DNA from: Octopus sinensis | Lineage: Eukaryota | NCBI RefSeq assembly: GCF_006345805.1 | Contig: NC_043010.1 | Coordinates: 37,882,001-37,946,000 of the forward strand | Direction of reading: 5' to 3' | Length of the DNA stretch: 64,000 nucleotides | Shown here: in pieces, positions 1-13,308 of the stretch | Layout: each line of letters opens with the position of its first letter | Position numbering within the stretch: the first letter of the stretch is position 1 | The notes under the pieces: model-generated | What the model saw: the letters and a program-made list of their open reading frames with translations, nothing else | What the model was told of the DNA's origin: nothing | Databases searched by the model: none | Made by a program: the position numbers and the translations under genes

Positions 1-250
1 ATCTAAGAACACAAAGAATATGTTCACCCATGGAACTTGGTCCACATATCTGCGTGTCGCATATGCTCTTCTCTCTATTCTTCTGTTCTGGATTAATGCT
101 TGTGAATATGTGTATTTTTTTATATATATACATACATACACACACAAACACGTATGTATGTATGTGTGTGTATGTATATATATATATATATATATATATG
201 CATGTATATGTATTGGTGTGTGTATGTGTATTGGTGTTTGTATGTGTGTG

Positions 251-282
<32 letters not shown>

Positions 283-336
283 AGCATATATATATAGAGA
301 GAGAAAGATATGTATATATACATACATATGTATGTA

Positions 337-367
<31 letters not shown>

Positions 368-480
368 TATATATTATATATATATATATATAAAATTATG
401 TATATATAAATATGTACATACATATGTATGTGTATATATATACATATATATATATGTGTGTGTGTATACATAGATGTGTA
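1..480. repeat. Compound (TA)n/(TG)n/(CA)n microsatellite field
   Basis: Direct dinucleotide runs. Similar fields at 740-960, 1115-1345, 33830-34260, 35530-36090, 40700-40990 and 58650-59420 generate the YI/VC/HT ORFs in the track. Confidence 0.95.
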
Positions 481-1449
481 TATATTTATGCTAAAGAATA
501 ATAACCTGCTATACTTGGTTAGTATCCTGCCTGTTTTTGTCTTGGTATTCTAGGAACTGAGAACCCAGGAATTGAAGAGTTGGTGCATGTGTTTGGGGTG
601 GGGATGGGTGGAGAGATAATATATTAAACAAATGCAGACATACTAAATACACTAAAACAAAAACAAAAGCAAGAACTAACAACAGGATGTAAAGGCATGA
701 TAAACAAGACTAATGAGCTTCTGAACAGTGTGTGAATATCCATGTATATACATACATATTCACACATCTGCATACATATAAATAAGCACACAACACGTGT
801 ATATATATATATCATCATCAGTATATATATATATATATATATATATACATACACACACACACATATGTATATCTATTTGTGTTTGCATATATGTGTAAAG
901 ATGCTTATGTGTGTGTGTGTATATATATATATATGTATATATATGTATGTATGTACACATTTATGAATTTGTTTTGCAAGATTACTGATGTGAAATCATG
1001 TGTTGCAACAGATATTGTTATATTTTGGGATAATCTTTTTTTTATCTCTGTTTTTTTATTTTTTTTTTTTACTTTTCTTGAGCAAAAAAGAAAATGACCA
1101 TCCCGAAATATAACAATATATGTGTGTGTGTGTGTGTGTATAAATATGTATATATGTGTAAGTATACATGCATATATATGTGTGTATATGTATATAATGT
1201 GTGTGTATGTCTATGCATCTGTGTATATGTATATATATACATGTCTGTATATGTGTATATACATGTGTATATGTATATATATATATTATATATATATATA
1301 TATATTTGTACATGCATGTATGTATATGTGTGTATGTACATACATGTTTATATTTTTCTTGGGGGTTTTAGATTTTTTCTCCTTTGTAGAATTCAAGCCA
1401 CTCACTAATAAAGTGCCAAAGCATTATCTCTTGGGATTTGTAGATATCC

Positions 1450-1483
<34 letters not shown>

Positions 1484-2387
1484 TGTACATACAGACACAC
1501 AGACACCTGTGAATGTTGCTGTAAGGAATCTGAAGCGGAGAAACCCTGAAATTACAACTTTTCACTGTACCAATTGTATTTGAAGAGTACAAATCACTTT
1601 ACTTCTTACTTCATTTTGTTTTTGAAGTACTTTACCATTTTCTAGGCATTTTATTCAAATCTGTTGTTCATTTGTTATTACATACAAATATGAAAGTCTA
1701 TAGCCTTGACATAAGAGCTCCAAGTTTCTTAATAGTTTTCCATACTTCTCAACTTTTGAATGAAAACCCTACTCCTGAACAAATTGGTTTATTTACTTGT
1801 TTGCTTTTGTTTTGTTTTATTGTTGAGTCACTTAATCCATCTTATAATAATTCTGCTTGTTCCTCCGTTACTTAGCTCGTCTGTAATGCTTCCATGTGAT
1901 TAGTGGAAGGGGGAAAGGGACGGAGAAGTGGTGGTGAATGAAATTTACTCTTTGCTCTTTTACTTGTTTCAGTCATTTGACTGTGACCATGCTGGAGCAC
2001 CGCCTTTAGTCGAGCAAATCGACCCCCAGGACTTAATCTTTGTAAGCTTAGTACTTATTCTATCGGTCTCTTTTACCAAACTGTAACACTGCAAGAAATG
2101 CTTTTAGGCATTTCGTCTGGCATGCTAACAGTTCTGCCACCTCACTGCCTTGTATTTCTTTATAATAATGACCGTATTCCTTCCTCAAGGCATGATGCTT
2201 CTTCTTTTTTTTTTTATTCAGCTTTGACTTGCTAGTTTATAATGTTCTTAATTTTGTCAACTGTTAACCCTTTCGTTACTGAATTTTGAGATGCTCTGTG
2301 TTTCTTTGATTAATAAACCCTGGTGTTCCAGCATGCCTGCAGTTAAATGACTGAAACAAGCAAAAGAATAAAAGAACATATATATAT

Positions 2388-2797
2388 ATAGGTGCAGGAG
2401 TGGCTGTGTGGTAAGTAGCTTGCTAACCAACCACATGGTTCCGGGTTCAGTCCCACTGCGTAGCATCTTGAGCAAGTGTCTTCTGCTATAGCCCCAGGCC
2501 GACCAAAGCCTTGTGAGTGGATTTGGTAGATGGAAACTGAAAGAAGCCTGTCGTATATATGTATATATATATATATATATGTATTGTGTGTGTTTGTGTG
2601 TCTGTGTTTGTCCCCCTAGCATTGCTTGACAACCCATGCTGGTGTGTTTATGTCTCCGTCACTTAGCGATTCAGCAAAAGAGACCGATAGAATAAGTACT
2701 GGGCTTACAAAGAATAAGTCCCGGGGTCGATTTGCTCGACTGAAGGCGGTGCTCCAGCATGGCCGCAGTCAAATGACTGACTGAAACAAGTAAAAGA

Positions 2798-2800
<3 letters not shown>
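2388..2800 (+). mobile_element. SINE family A, full-length copy (tRNA-like head, CORE-like segment, internal microsatellite, conserved tail)
   Basis: Head ATAGGTGCAGGAGTGGCTGTGTGGTAAG (A-box-like) and GGGTTCAGTCCC (B-box-like); CTTGAGCAAGTGTCTT CORE-like start; tail GCTCCAGCATGGCCGCAGTCAAATGACTGA...AACAAGTAAAAGA. About 18 related copies or fragments in the window. Confidence 0.85.
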
Positions 2801-2827
<27 letters not shown>

Positions 2828-2828
<1 letters not shown>

Positions 2829-3502
2829 GGCTGTGTGGTAAGAAAGAAGCTTGCTTCCTAACCACATGGTTTCAGGTTCAGCCCCACTGTGTGCCACCTT
2901 GGGCAAGTATCTTTTACTATAGCCTCGGGCTGACCAAAGTCGTGAGTGGATTTGTTTGACAGAAACTGAAAGAAGCCTATCATCATCGTTTAACGTCCAC
3001 TTTCCTTGCTAGCATGGGTTGGACGATTTGGCTGAGGGCTGGCGAACCAGATGGCTGCACCAGGCTTCAATCTTGATCTGGCGGAGTTTCTACAGCTGGA
3101 TGCCCTTCCTAACGCCAACCACGCAGAGAGTGTAGTGGGTGCTTTTACGTGCCACTGGCTTTTACGTGCCACTGGCAACGACCTTGCTTGAATCTTTTAC
3201 ACATGCCACCGGCACAGGTGCCAGTAAGGTGATGCTGGTAACGATCACGCCCATCATTATATATATGTGTGTGTGTGTGTGTGTGTATGTAGTTGTTATT
3301 TGTGTCTGTGTTTGCCCCCCCATTGCTTGACAACCAGTGTTGGTGAGTTTACGTCCCCGTCACTTAGCAGTTCGGCAAAAACTGACCGATAGAATAAGTG
3401 CTAGGCTTACAAAGAATAATTCCTGGGGTTGATTTGTTGGACTAGAAGTGGTGTTCCAGCATGGTCGCAGTCAAATGACTGAAACAAGTAAAAGAATAAA
3501 AG
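2828..3502 (+). mobile_element. SINE family A copy interrupted by a family D element
   Basis: Head 2828-2978 and remainder 3253-3502 are colinear with the intact copy at 2388-2800. Confidence 0.85.
2979..3252 (-). mobile_element. SINE-like family D (GAT-tailed) nested in family A
   Basis: Reverse complement of the D tail CCCATGCTAGCA...GTTAAACGATGATG plus the AGGAAGGGCATCCAGCTGTAGAAAC motif. Confidence 0.85.
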
Positions 3503-3801
3503 AATATATATCTATATATGGTGCTCCAGCATGGCCGCAGTCAAATGACTGAAACAAGTAAAAGAGTATATATATGTACATATGAAATATGTATATGTAT
3601 GTATAAGACGTACACTCACTCATGTTTTATAAACACTGTACAGATGTTGTGTTTGTTGGTGTCATTGTACAGATGTTCCATCTAATTTAGTAAAAGTCTT
3701 GGTATCTGATGCTGCCAAGGAGATTCCAGTATAGGAATGAAAAACTGATTTGTTGTCCAAGATAAGACAAATGGAAGACTGAAAACCATATGCCCACATG
3801 T

Positions 3802-3837
<36 letters not shown>

Positions 3838-4223
3838 TTGAATGTAGTTGAATATATATGTTTGACTGTGTGTGCATATACATAAACGGGTTTGAATGTG
3901 TGGGTGGGTGTAATTATGTATTTGTGTGTATGTATGTGTAAATGTTTGCATATGTGTGTGTGTGTTGTATATATATATATATATATATAAATGTGCGTGT
4001 GTGTATATATATGTGTGTGTGTGTGTATGCTTGCTTATATATCATGTGTGTGTATATGAATGTGTTTGACTATTCTTGTGTTCACATGTACACACATACA
4101 CACACACACACAACACACACACATTGCGTAGCTTTGTGAAAACCAGAGATGTCTCTGGTGGCACTATTAGTGGCTGCTGCTGCTTCTTGCATATTTAATT
4201 ATTATTTATCATTGTTATTATTA

Positions 4224-4267
<44 letters not shown>

Positions 4268-5251
4268 TATTCCCATTATCACCCCAACTACTGCTACTTC
4301 AGCCGGCAGAATTACTTGTCACTATTATTGCTGCTGCTGCTACTACCACTACTACCATCACCACCACCACTACAACATGAACACCGAAAATCCTTACTAA
4401 TGCATTTCACACCACTAACAACACTATAGCCAATACCACTAACACCACCATTGTTTACCTCTCCATGGTCATATGTTCTCCTAGAAGTAGCAGCCAAATT
4501 TTCTCTGGATATCATCTTGCTATCTTAAGAAATGATTCTGTATATAGTGTGGTGTTACATAACCCATAAAACAATGGGATTGTCATGGCTGGAATGGCTT
4601 TTGATTCATGGGCCCTTTCAATCAGAGGATGACTGGGTGTGGTTGAAGTGGGGTTTGAACTGTAACAAGAGCAGCGACAGTCCTGCCACCACCTTTTTTT
4701 CCTCACAACTTCTCAAGCCCTATCGCAAACACTGCTTTACTCAACAACCGTTACTAACACCACTGTTACTCTCACCACAACCACCACTTTTATCAACACT
4801 ACCATCATCATCATCATAGTTTTATCAACTAGTCACCACTGCTACTTTCATACTTCTACACCATTTCCACCACTGCCACCTCCTCTACTACTTACTACTA
4901 CTACTACCAGTACCTAGAGTACTCCCCACCACCACTATAAACTAGTTTCTGTTGCCTGTTATTGCCACCACCATGAATGCTTGTCTTTTGAGAGAGGGAG
5001 TGAGGTATGTATTCATATCTCAGTTGAAATATAAGGAAATTAAAAGAAATTAACGCATGCACACACATACACACACATCACCATTATAATTATTAAATCA
5101 GTTTTCCATATTTACCCATGTTGGTCTTCTCTAGTGAAGCCTCCGTTCATTTGTTATAGTCCCCTGTTATTTCCTTGATGAGATTCAATCTTCACAGATC
5201 TGCTTTCAGCACACCTTTCCACGTCTTTTCCTCGGTCTTTCCTTTTTGCAA

Positions 5252-5494
5252 CTTTTGCCCTGCGCGCGTAAGCGAAAGCAGGGTACTGTAATCGCTCGTC
5301 TTGGTCTGTTTGTCTGTGTGTTTGCAAAATTGCTGGAAAACAGCTGAACAGATTTTCACCAAATTTGGCAGAACTACTCATTGGGTGAGTGGCCTGAAAT
5401 GATGAAAATTTAGCTTGATTATCTTCAAACATACATAAAAGATACATAGATACGTGACTCTGTGTGTGTGTGTGTGCCGGGCACGTGCCATTAG
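5252..5494 (+). mobile_element. Helentron/Helitron-like non-autonomous element (type 1)
   Basis: T-rich start, hairpin CCCTGC-N14-GCAGGG, GTCTGTTTGTCTGT microsatellite, GATTTTCACCAAATTTGG core, 3' palindrome GGCACGTGCC followed by ATTAGT. Architecture matches HINE/DINE-1-type elements. Confidence 0.55.
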
Positions 5495-6300
5495 TAATTA
5501 CTCAAGGTAGGCAGTTGGTGACATTTATATAGTAAAACACAAAAAATAAGCGAAACACAGCCACCTGACTGAGTTGAAGGCAGATCTACTTCTGCCTTTA
5601 TAGCACATAAAGAAAACATTGTTGTAGGAATGTACACAGCAAGTGTACTACAGTAGTACTGTGTGTAGCTTACATAATGAGATTGCGAGGTAGGAGTGAA
5701 TTATGCCTACCTAATTTACAAAAAATAAAATATTTTGCATTTTATGTATAGTAATCAGAATAACCTTCATAATTTTATTGAATTAGGTGCATATTTTCCC
5801 ATAAAATGAGAATGTTGCTATCAGTCTTGTGTGAGTGTGTGTGTGTGTGTGTGTGTACAGTGATGGATTCAATGGTTTTGTTTATTTAAAAGTTGATTTC
5901 TTAATTCCATCAGAGTATAAATACCTGTAATGGTGATACATTGATACTTGAGAAAAGAAATATTTATGTGTTATAGGCTTAGGTGTTAAGGTGCCATGCA
6001 GTGGGACCGAACCCGGAACCATGAGGTTGGTAAGCAAACTACTTACCATACAGCCACTCTTGTGCCTATGTGAATTATAATAATATTCATTGTGCAGTTT
6101 GTTCAGCAAACTTCTGCTGAACCCTCATTTGTTGGAACAGCGAGAGAGAGCCCCCCCCTCTCTCCCACACTCACACACATGCACACACGACAAAACAAAA
6201 CTCTGAAGAAGAAGTAACACAGGGTAGATGAGCTGCTTCAGTCTGGCTGCAGACAAATATGGTATGATAAAATGCATGCAGGCTCTGCTGCAAGGCTTAC

Positions 6301-6429
6301 CCAACATCAGGGCTATTGTGCATATTAGATAATGAAGGACCATGGTGGTGGGGACGAGATGTGCTGCAGTGGGCGACGAAATATGGCGCTGTAGTCTGTC
6401 CTTCATCTCGTCATGCACTGTGCACAGTG
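6301..6429 (-). CDS. Candidate host-gene exon encoding a signal-peptide or TM-like N-terminus
   Basis: Minus strand: acceptor TTGTTTTACATCCGGTTTTCCATGCCAG| and donor TGTTGG|GTAAGC; 129 nt. Only one frame is open (phase 1-1): LCTVHDEMKDRLQRHISSPTAAHLVPTTMVLHYLICTIALML. Perfect Kozak CCACCATGG at 6343. Unique CpG-containing sequence. Confidence 0.5.
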
Positions 6430-6523
6430 CTGGCATGGAAAACCGGATGTAAAACAATTATGGCAGTGATAATGTACATTTTAATAAATATATTTATATA
6501 ATTTATATAATATATATGCTTTG

Positions 6524-6558
<35 letters not shown>

Positions 6559-6786
6559 CAGATTTTACTCTATGGGATGGGCAGGTGATTTGTGTAATAA
6601 GTGTTAATATACAAAGTGTGTGATTTTTATTATACTTTATTCATTTACTGCCTCAGTATTACTAAATAAACACCACTGTTATTAAAATAAATACTTGCAT
6701 ATATTTCACACGTTTTCTATACTTAAAACTTAATCTGTTTTAGTACATTATTTCCAAATAGTCCATTTGACAGCAACAACAACAAC

Positions 6787-7190
6787 AATAATTGTTTCAA
6801 ATTTTGCTACAAGGGTAGCCATATAGGGGGAGGGGATGTTGCGATTACATCAACCCCAGTGTTTCACTGGTACTTAATTTATCGACCCTGAAAGGATGAA
6901 AGGCAGTGTTAACCCTGGTAGGATTTGAACTGAGAATTTAAAGCATTCGAAAAAAACTGCTGCTAAGCCTTTTATCTAATGCTATCAGCCTGCTACCTTA
7001 ATTATAATAAATTGTAATAATAATGTTTCTCGTATAATTGATACAAAAACAGAAATTTGGGAAGAGGTGTCAACCAATTAAGTTGAGCTCAGTATGTAAC
7101 CAGCACTTTTTCGACTTCCCAGAGTGATTAAAAAGAAAGTTAACCTCAGCTGGATTTGAACTCTGGGTGTAAAAAGATGAAGCATCATCA
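6787..7190 (-). mobile_element. Two tandem SINE family B copies
   Basis: Both contain the ACCC..AAAGGATGAAAGGCAAAGT-type core and GGATTTGAAC (reverse B box), separated by (AAT)n. Confidence 0.75.
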
Positions 7191-7500
7191 TTTAATGTCT
7201 GTTGTTCATGTTGGCATGAGTTGGACAGTTTGACCAGGGCTGCACCAGACTCCAGTCCAAATTGGCATGGTTTCCACAGCTGGATGCCCTTCCTAATGCC
7301 AACCACTCCAAGAGTGTAATGGATGCTTTTATGTGTCAGTTGCATGACACCAGTTTCTGCCACAACTACGATTGGTTTGATGGATCTTCCTTCTCAAGCA
7401 CCATATTCTGTCAAAAATCTCGGTCATTTGTCGTTGCCTCTGTGAGGCCCAACACTCAAAAGGTGCTTTTTACATGCGACCTCCAAACAAATGCCAAAAG
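7190..7500 (-). mobile_element. Family D copy with variant 5' body
   Basis: CATCATCATTTAATGTC tail and CAGCTGGATGCCCTTCCTAATGCCAACCAC motif; body shared with the 55370-55450 region. Confidence 0.7.
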
Positions 7501-7980
7501 ACAATTTATTCAATCACTGCTGACCCACCACCCTTGAAGGTTTCTAGCAGAGACTGGAAGGCAACGCTTACATTTGGTGGATGGAGGTCTGTTGATTAAA
7601 TTGATACCAGTGCTTGAGTTTGTATTTCAACATGGAGGATGTGACTGTTCAGAATTATTTCAAGTGATGTTGAAACTATTTAGATGTGTGTGGGGTGTGT
7701 GGTGGGGTGGAGATAAGTGGTTTGTTGTGTGTGTGTGTGTGATCTGTTTTCCCATGCTAGTAAGGCTTGGAAGGGAACTGATTTTGAAGCAGGATTTCAT
7801 AGCTAGATGCTCTTCTTGTCACTGACTCCCACCTGTTTGGTTTTCAAGTAAGGGATTTTTTTTATATATAAATTTTACTTTCTTCCAAAGTGCAGAGCAA
7901 CCAATCATGATGACAACAAGGAATGTCAACAACAGCACTGCTTTGCTCAAACAGTGACAAGCAAAGCATCAAAATTTGTG

Positions 7981-8031
<51 letters not shown>

Positions 8032-8032
<1 letters not shown>

Positions 8033-8231
8033 ACTCTTTTACTTGTTTCAGTCATTTGACTGTGGCCATGCTGGAGCACCACCTTTAGTTGAGCAAATCG
8101 ACCCCAGGACTTATTCTTTGAAAGCCTAGTACTTATTCTATCGGTCTCTTTTGCTGAACCGCTAAGTTACGGGGACGTAAACACACCAGCATCGGTTGTC
8201 AAGTGATGTTGGGGGACAGACACAAACACAC

Positions 8232-8264
<33 letters not shown>

Positions 8265-8431
8265 GCGACAGGCTTCTTTCAGTTTCTATCTACTAAATCC
8301 ATTTACAAGGCTTTAGTCGGCCCGAGGCTATAGTAGAAGACACTTACCTAAGGTGTCATGCAGTGGGACTGAACCCGGAACCATGTGGCTAGTAAGCAAG
8401 CTACTTACCATACAGCCACTCCTGCGCCTAT
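8032..8431 (-). mobile_element. SINE family A, full-length copy
   Basis: Colinear reverse complement of the 2388-2800 copy from tail to head. Confidence 0.9.
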
Positions 8432-8879
8432 TCATATATGATGGGATTCCTATTGTTTCCGTCTACCATATTCACTCATAAGACTTCAGTTGGCTTTGGA
8501 ACTGAACTTGAAACCACATGGTTCAGAAGCAAGCTTCTTAACCGCACAACCATGTCTGCACTTGACTGTGTGTGTGGTGTGTGTGTGTGGGTTATGGCGG
8601 TAGGGAGAGAATACTCTTTTACAAATTTTTTCTATCTGGCTGTGGCCATGCTGGAGCACTGCCATACAGTCATAGTTAATCCTTTATTATGCTAGGAATC
8701 AAACCCCTCTGCTCCCCCACAAATGTGTAGGTGAAAGCTGGGAATCCTTATCACTAGAATAATGAGTTTTCAAATTTTTTTTCTTGGTGGGGTGGGGTTA
8801 AAAAAATAAAATTGTTTTATATTAATGATTTGCTGTTGTTTCTATTGTTGTGTAAAGTTCTGTTGAATAGACAAGAGAT

Positions 8880-9460
8880 GAAATGCTGACATAATAATCT
8901 TCACCACCAACACCGTTACAGCCACCACCATCACCTCCACCTCTGCTTCTGTCACCCCTTCACTATTGTCTCTATTGATATCTCCCCATTCCCTCCCCCA
9001 TTTCTCACTAATCAATTACTGCTACCACCTTCACCATCACTCTTACTTCCACCTTCACCACCACCATATTCACCACTTTCATCACCACGACTATCACCTC
9101 CAACACCCCTACCACCCCCATCACCCATACTACTACCACCTTCATCACCCCACCATCACCACCTTCACTACCACTTCCATCATCTATACCCCTACCTTCA
9201 TCACCTCCATCATCACCACCACCACCACCACCACCATCATGTTTACCACCACGACCATGACTATCATCCTCATCACCACTACCACCTCCATCACCTATAC
9301 CACCACCACCACCACCTTCACTAACACCACCACCACCCACCAACTTCACTACCACCTCCATCATCTATACCACTACTGTCACCTCCATCACCTATACAAC
9401 CACCACCACCACCACCTTCACTATCATACCACTCTTCTATCACCCACCCACCAACCATCT
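8880..9460. repeat. Cryptic (CAC/CAT/TAC)n trinucleotide region
   Basis: Degenerate triplet repeats; a complementary-type region lies at 28600-29100. Confidence 0.9.
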
Positions 9461-10647
9461 GTTAAGCAGTTTCCTCAGCTCTTTGCTTCTGTTATGTTGT
9501 TTATTGCAGTTTCTCTTGCCAAGGTTCCATTGATTGTAGATGTTACTTCCCTGTAGCAGACAGACTGTGTCTACCACTGTATTACCACTACACCAAACAC
9601 TGTACCTCTACCGCAGCTCCTGCAGTACCACTGCATACTGGCATTGCCACTGCACCAGCAACACTACACCAGTGGCAACACTGCTTCACTAGCAGCACCA
9701 CTGTGCAAATAACATTACCTTAGCAGTACCACTGTACCACTAATACTGTCACTGCACTGCTACCACTTAGTGTGCAAGCAGAATGGTGCATATACACATG
9801 TACATGAATGTATATGCACATCCATATATGCATTGTACCCACGTGTGTATGTATATATATATTATAGTTTATGTGTCTATTATGGTAAAATCTCAAAAGA
9901 AAGTTCTTCATCTGGTGAGACATAGCTCATAGTTGTATACTGTGTGTATGAGACAATACAAAGAGAGAGAGAGAGACAGGCACACACACATATAGGTGGA
10001 TAGATACACACACACACACACACACACATAGACAGATACACACACACACATACATATAGATAGACACACATACACACACACATAGAGATAGATAAATATA
10101 CACACACACTGATAGATATATACACACATACCCACATACATAGATAGATATATAGATCGATATACACACACACAGATACACAGATAGATACACATATACA
10201 TATGTAGATAGATAGATACACACACATAGATAAATAGGTAGATAGATGGATGGATAGATTGATAGATAGATACACATACATATAGATAGTTACACACGCA
10301 CACACAGATACACACATATATATACACACATACATGTGAACATGCATGCACACATACACATGTACATAAATTCTCCTTAAAGAACTAATATATTGCATCA
10401 TTTCTGTAAACCAGTAAATTCATCCCCGCCTCTGTATTTCATCCCCAGCAAAGGAAAAACAAAAGCATAATAAAAAAAAATGCTAAAAAAAAAACTATAT
10501 AAAGAAAATGAGAAAGTGAAGAGACCAATTCTTTTCACCTCTTCTTTTTCTACCAGAAGTTCTTTGTATTTTCCCACAATTATCCCTGGCCCTGCCCTAT
10601 CAGCATCTCCATTTCCCCACCTCTTTTCTTCCTCTTCATTTCAACAT

Positions 10648-10681
<34 letters not shown>

Positions 10682-10765
10682 CTATCTGTCTATCTATCTA
10701 TCTATCTATTATCTATCTATTTATCTATTTATCTATCTATCTATCTCTCTCTGTCTGTCTGTCTG

Positions 10766-10810
<45 letters not shown>

Positions 10811-11217
10811 ATATATATATATATATATATATAGGCACATACTCTAATCTCTCATATATCTCATGCCCCTCGTTCTGTCCCACTTCCTCCTCTGTTTAAG
10901 GTTCTTATTCACCACTTCCACCCATCCACCCCTTTCAATCCACCCTGAAGAGTTTGTTCTCTTCTGTGCTGCACACCAGCATAACCCTTCAATTTGCTAC
11001 ACCGTTTTTTCTTTACCCTCATTTTTTTTTTCTCTCTCCCTCTCTCTTCTCCTTTTTCTTTTGTCCCCCCTCCCAGCTTCTTCACCCCTGCTGCACAATT
11101 GATCTATGCTGATGTGCAGACTGCTGCTAATCTCCTCTAATTCTAGTGATTAGTGTTTTATAGATACATGTGTGCATTCATGCATACATACATATGCAGA
11201 ATATTGGAACAGCTATC

Positions 11218-11261
<44 letters not shown>

Positions 11262-12876
11262 CACACATATATATAAAATGTATATATACATATATTATAT
11301 ATATATTATATATAATTACACACACACATGCATACATATGCGTGTGAATCAATTTTCTTTTGTTTCTCATTCTCTCTATCCCTCTCTTTCTCTGTATATA
11401 TGTGTGTCTATATATATATTATCTCAATGGATGGAGTACTTTTTTGTAGATCTTACTGTAATCCACTAACTGTAATTTTATATATATAAAATTCCCCCCC
11501 CCAACCCCTACCTTGTTCTATCTGTTAAGTGGTTGGCATTAAGAAGGGTATCTAGTCAAAAAGAACTTTGCCAAAGTTGAGACTAAGCAATTCTTAGGCT
11601 AGCTGGATCCTGTTGAATTAACTTTCCAACCCACATTACAATGTAACGTGTATGTTAATTTATGGTGGTGATGATAATATATACCCCTTATATATATATA
11701 TAAAAGTAGTTTCAGAGACAGAACCACCCTCAACTCAATCAACATTGAAAGACATTATACCCAACCGAGCCATAAAATATTAAATATGATACTTACTATA
11801 CCTATTCAGAATCGCATACTTTCCATTTTAAAGACAACACTTGTTTCATGACAGTATGTTGGTATAGTTGAGATATAAGGTCTCTTGTTTCAATACTCAG
11901 TTAGATCAATGTACTCCAATCTTCAGGTCTGGATCCTATATGTGTGTGTGTGTGATTATATAGATCATATGTTTTTTTCTGTGCTGGCACACATTGGGCA
12001 AAACTTCTTGTGGCAATACTCACTCAGATAACCATGCTGATGCCAGCTCCTGCTCATTTTCAAATAGTTATTTTTATCTGTATTGTTGAACTTTCGGGAT
12101 AGTATTTTTTTTTTTTGCCAAATAAACACACCCACTATATATTTTTTCTTCACTCTTTTATTACTGTTCTTGTTTTATTATTTTACCTCATATCCAGAAA
12201 TCTTTCGTCACACATCTTTGACCTCTTCAGCAACACTTTCTGTTTTCATTCGTATTCTTGCTCCACTTACTCTGTTCTGTTCTCCTAAAATGTGTATCCT
12301 TATGTGTGCATGTGTTTGTGTCCTTGTTTGTGTGTGTGTATGTGTGTACCATTGACCCATAAAGCTGCTATACAAACCCTATTAGCAGTGCATGAACAGT
12401 GTCAATGTGAAGACATGCAGAAAGAACACACACACACACACACACACACATTTATACATGTACACATAGGTATACGTATACAACAAGCTGTTGAAGTTTC
12501 CTGTGATAAAGTTTCATAAGGTATTATTGATTAGCACAGCACCACATAATAGAGTCCCATCCAGAACTGTGATTGTAAAGCATGTACACGCCCACACAGC
12601 CATGCCCTCTGCATGCATGTCTGTGTGTGTAAAAAAGAACAAAAGCTCTGTAAAGTGTTACACGTATATTCGGATCTTTAGTATCTACTGCTGCATTTAT
12701 TGTGGGACGCCGATAAGATTTAGTGAATGACAATGAGGTAAAGTGAATAATTGCATAATTTTTCTTCAGCTGTTATGTCATTGTTTCAGCATTTTGCTGA
12801 AACACTTGTATGTTGTACAAAGTATTGAAAACCATACCTGTTTTCTTGCTGATAATTTATATATTTGTGTGTGTAA

Positions 12877-12907
<31 letters not shown>

Positions 12908-13283
12908 GGAGGCGCAATGGCCCAGTGGTTAGGGCAGCGGACTCGCGGTCGTAGGATCGCGGTTTCAATTCCCAGACCAGGCGTTGTGAGTGTTTATTGA
13001 GTGAAAACACCTAAAGCTGCACGAGGCTCCAGCAAAGGGTGGTGGCGAACCCTGCTGTACTTTTCACCGCAACTTTCTCTCTATCTTCCTGTTTCTGTAC
13101 CTGTATTTCAATGGGTCACCCCTTGTCACACGCTGTGTCACGCTGACTCTCCCTTGAGAACTACGTTAAGGGTACACGTGTCTGTGGAGTGCTCAGCCAC
13201 TTGCATGTTAATTTCATGAGCAGGCTGTTCTGTTGATCGAATCAACTGGAACCCTTGTCATCGTAACTGACGGAGTGCCAACA
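12908..13283 (+). mobile_element. SINE family C (tRNA-Arg-like head), full-length
   Basis: GGAGGCGCAATGGCCCAGTGGTTAGGGCAGCGGACTCGCGGTCGTAGGATCGCGGTTTCAATTCCC head with a TCG anticodon-like loop; tail ...ACTGGAACCC...TAACTGACGGAGTGCCAAC. Resembles octopus OR-type SINEs (not verified). Confidence 0.85.
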
Positions 13284-13308
13284 AAAAATATATATATATA
13301 TATATATG

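Noticed and set aside
12680-12736. AG...GAG|GTAAAG bounded 56-nt exon candidate
   Set aside because: Stops in all three frames and a weak acceptor.
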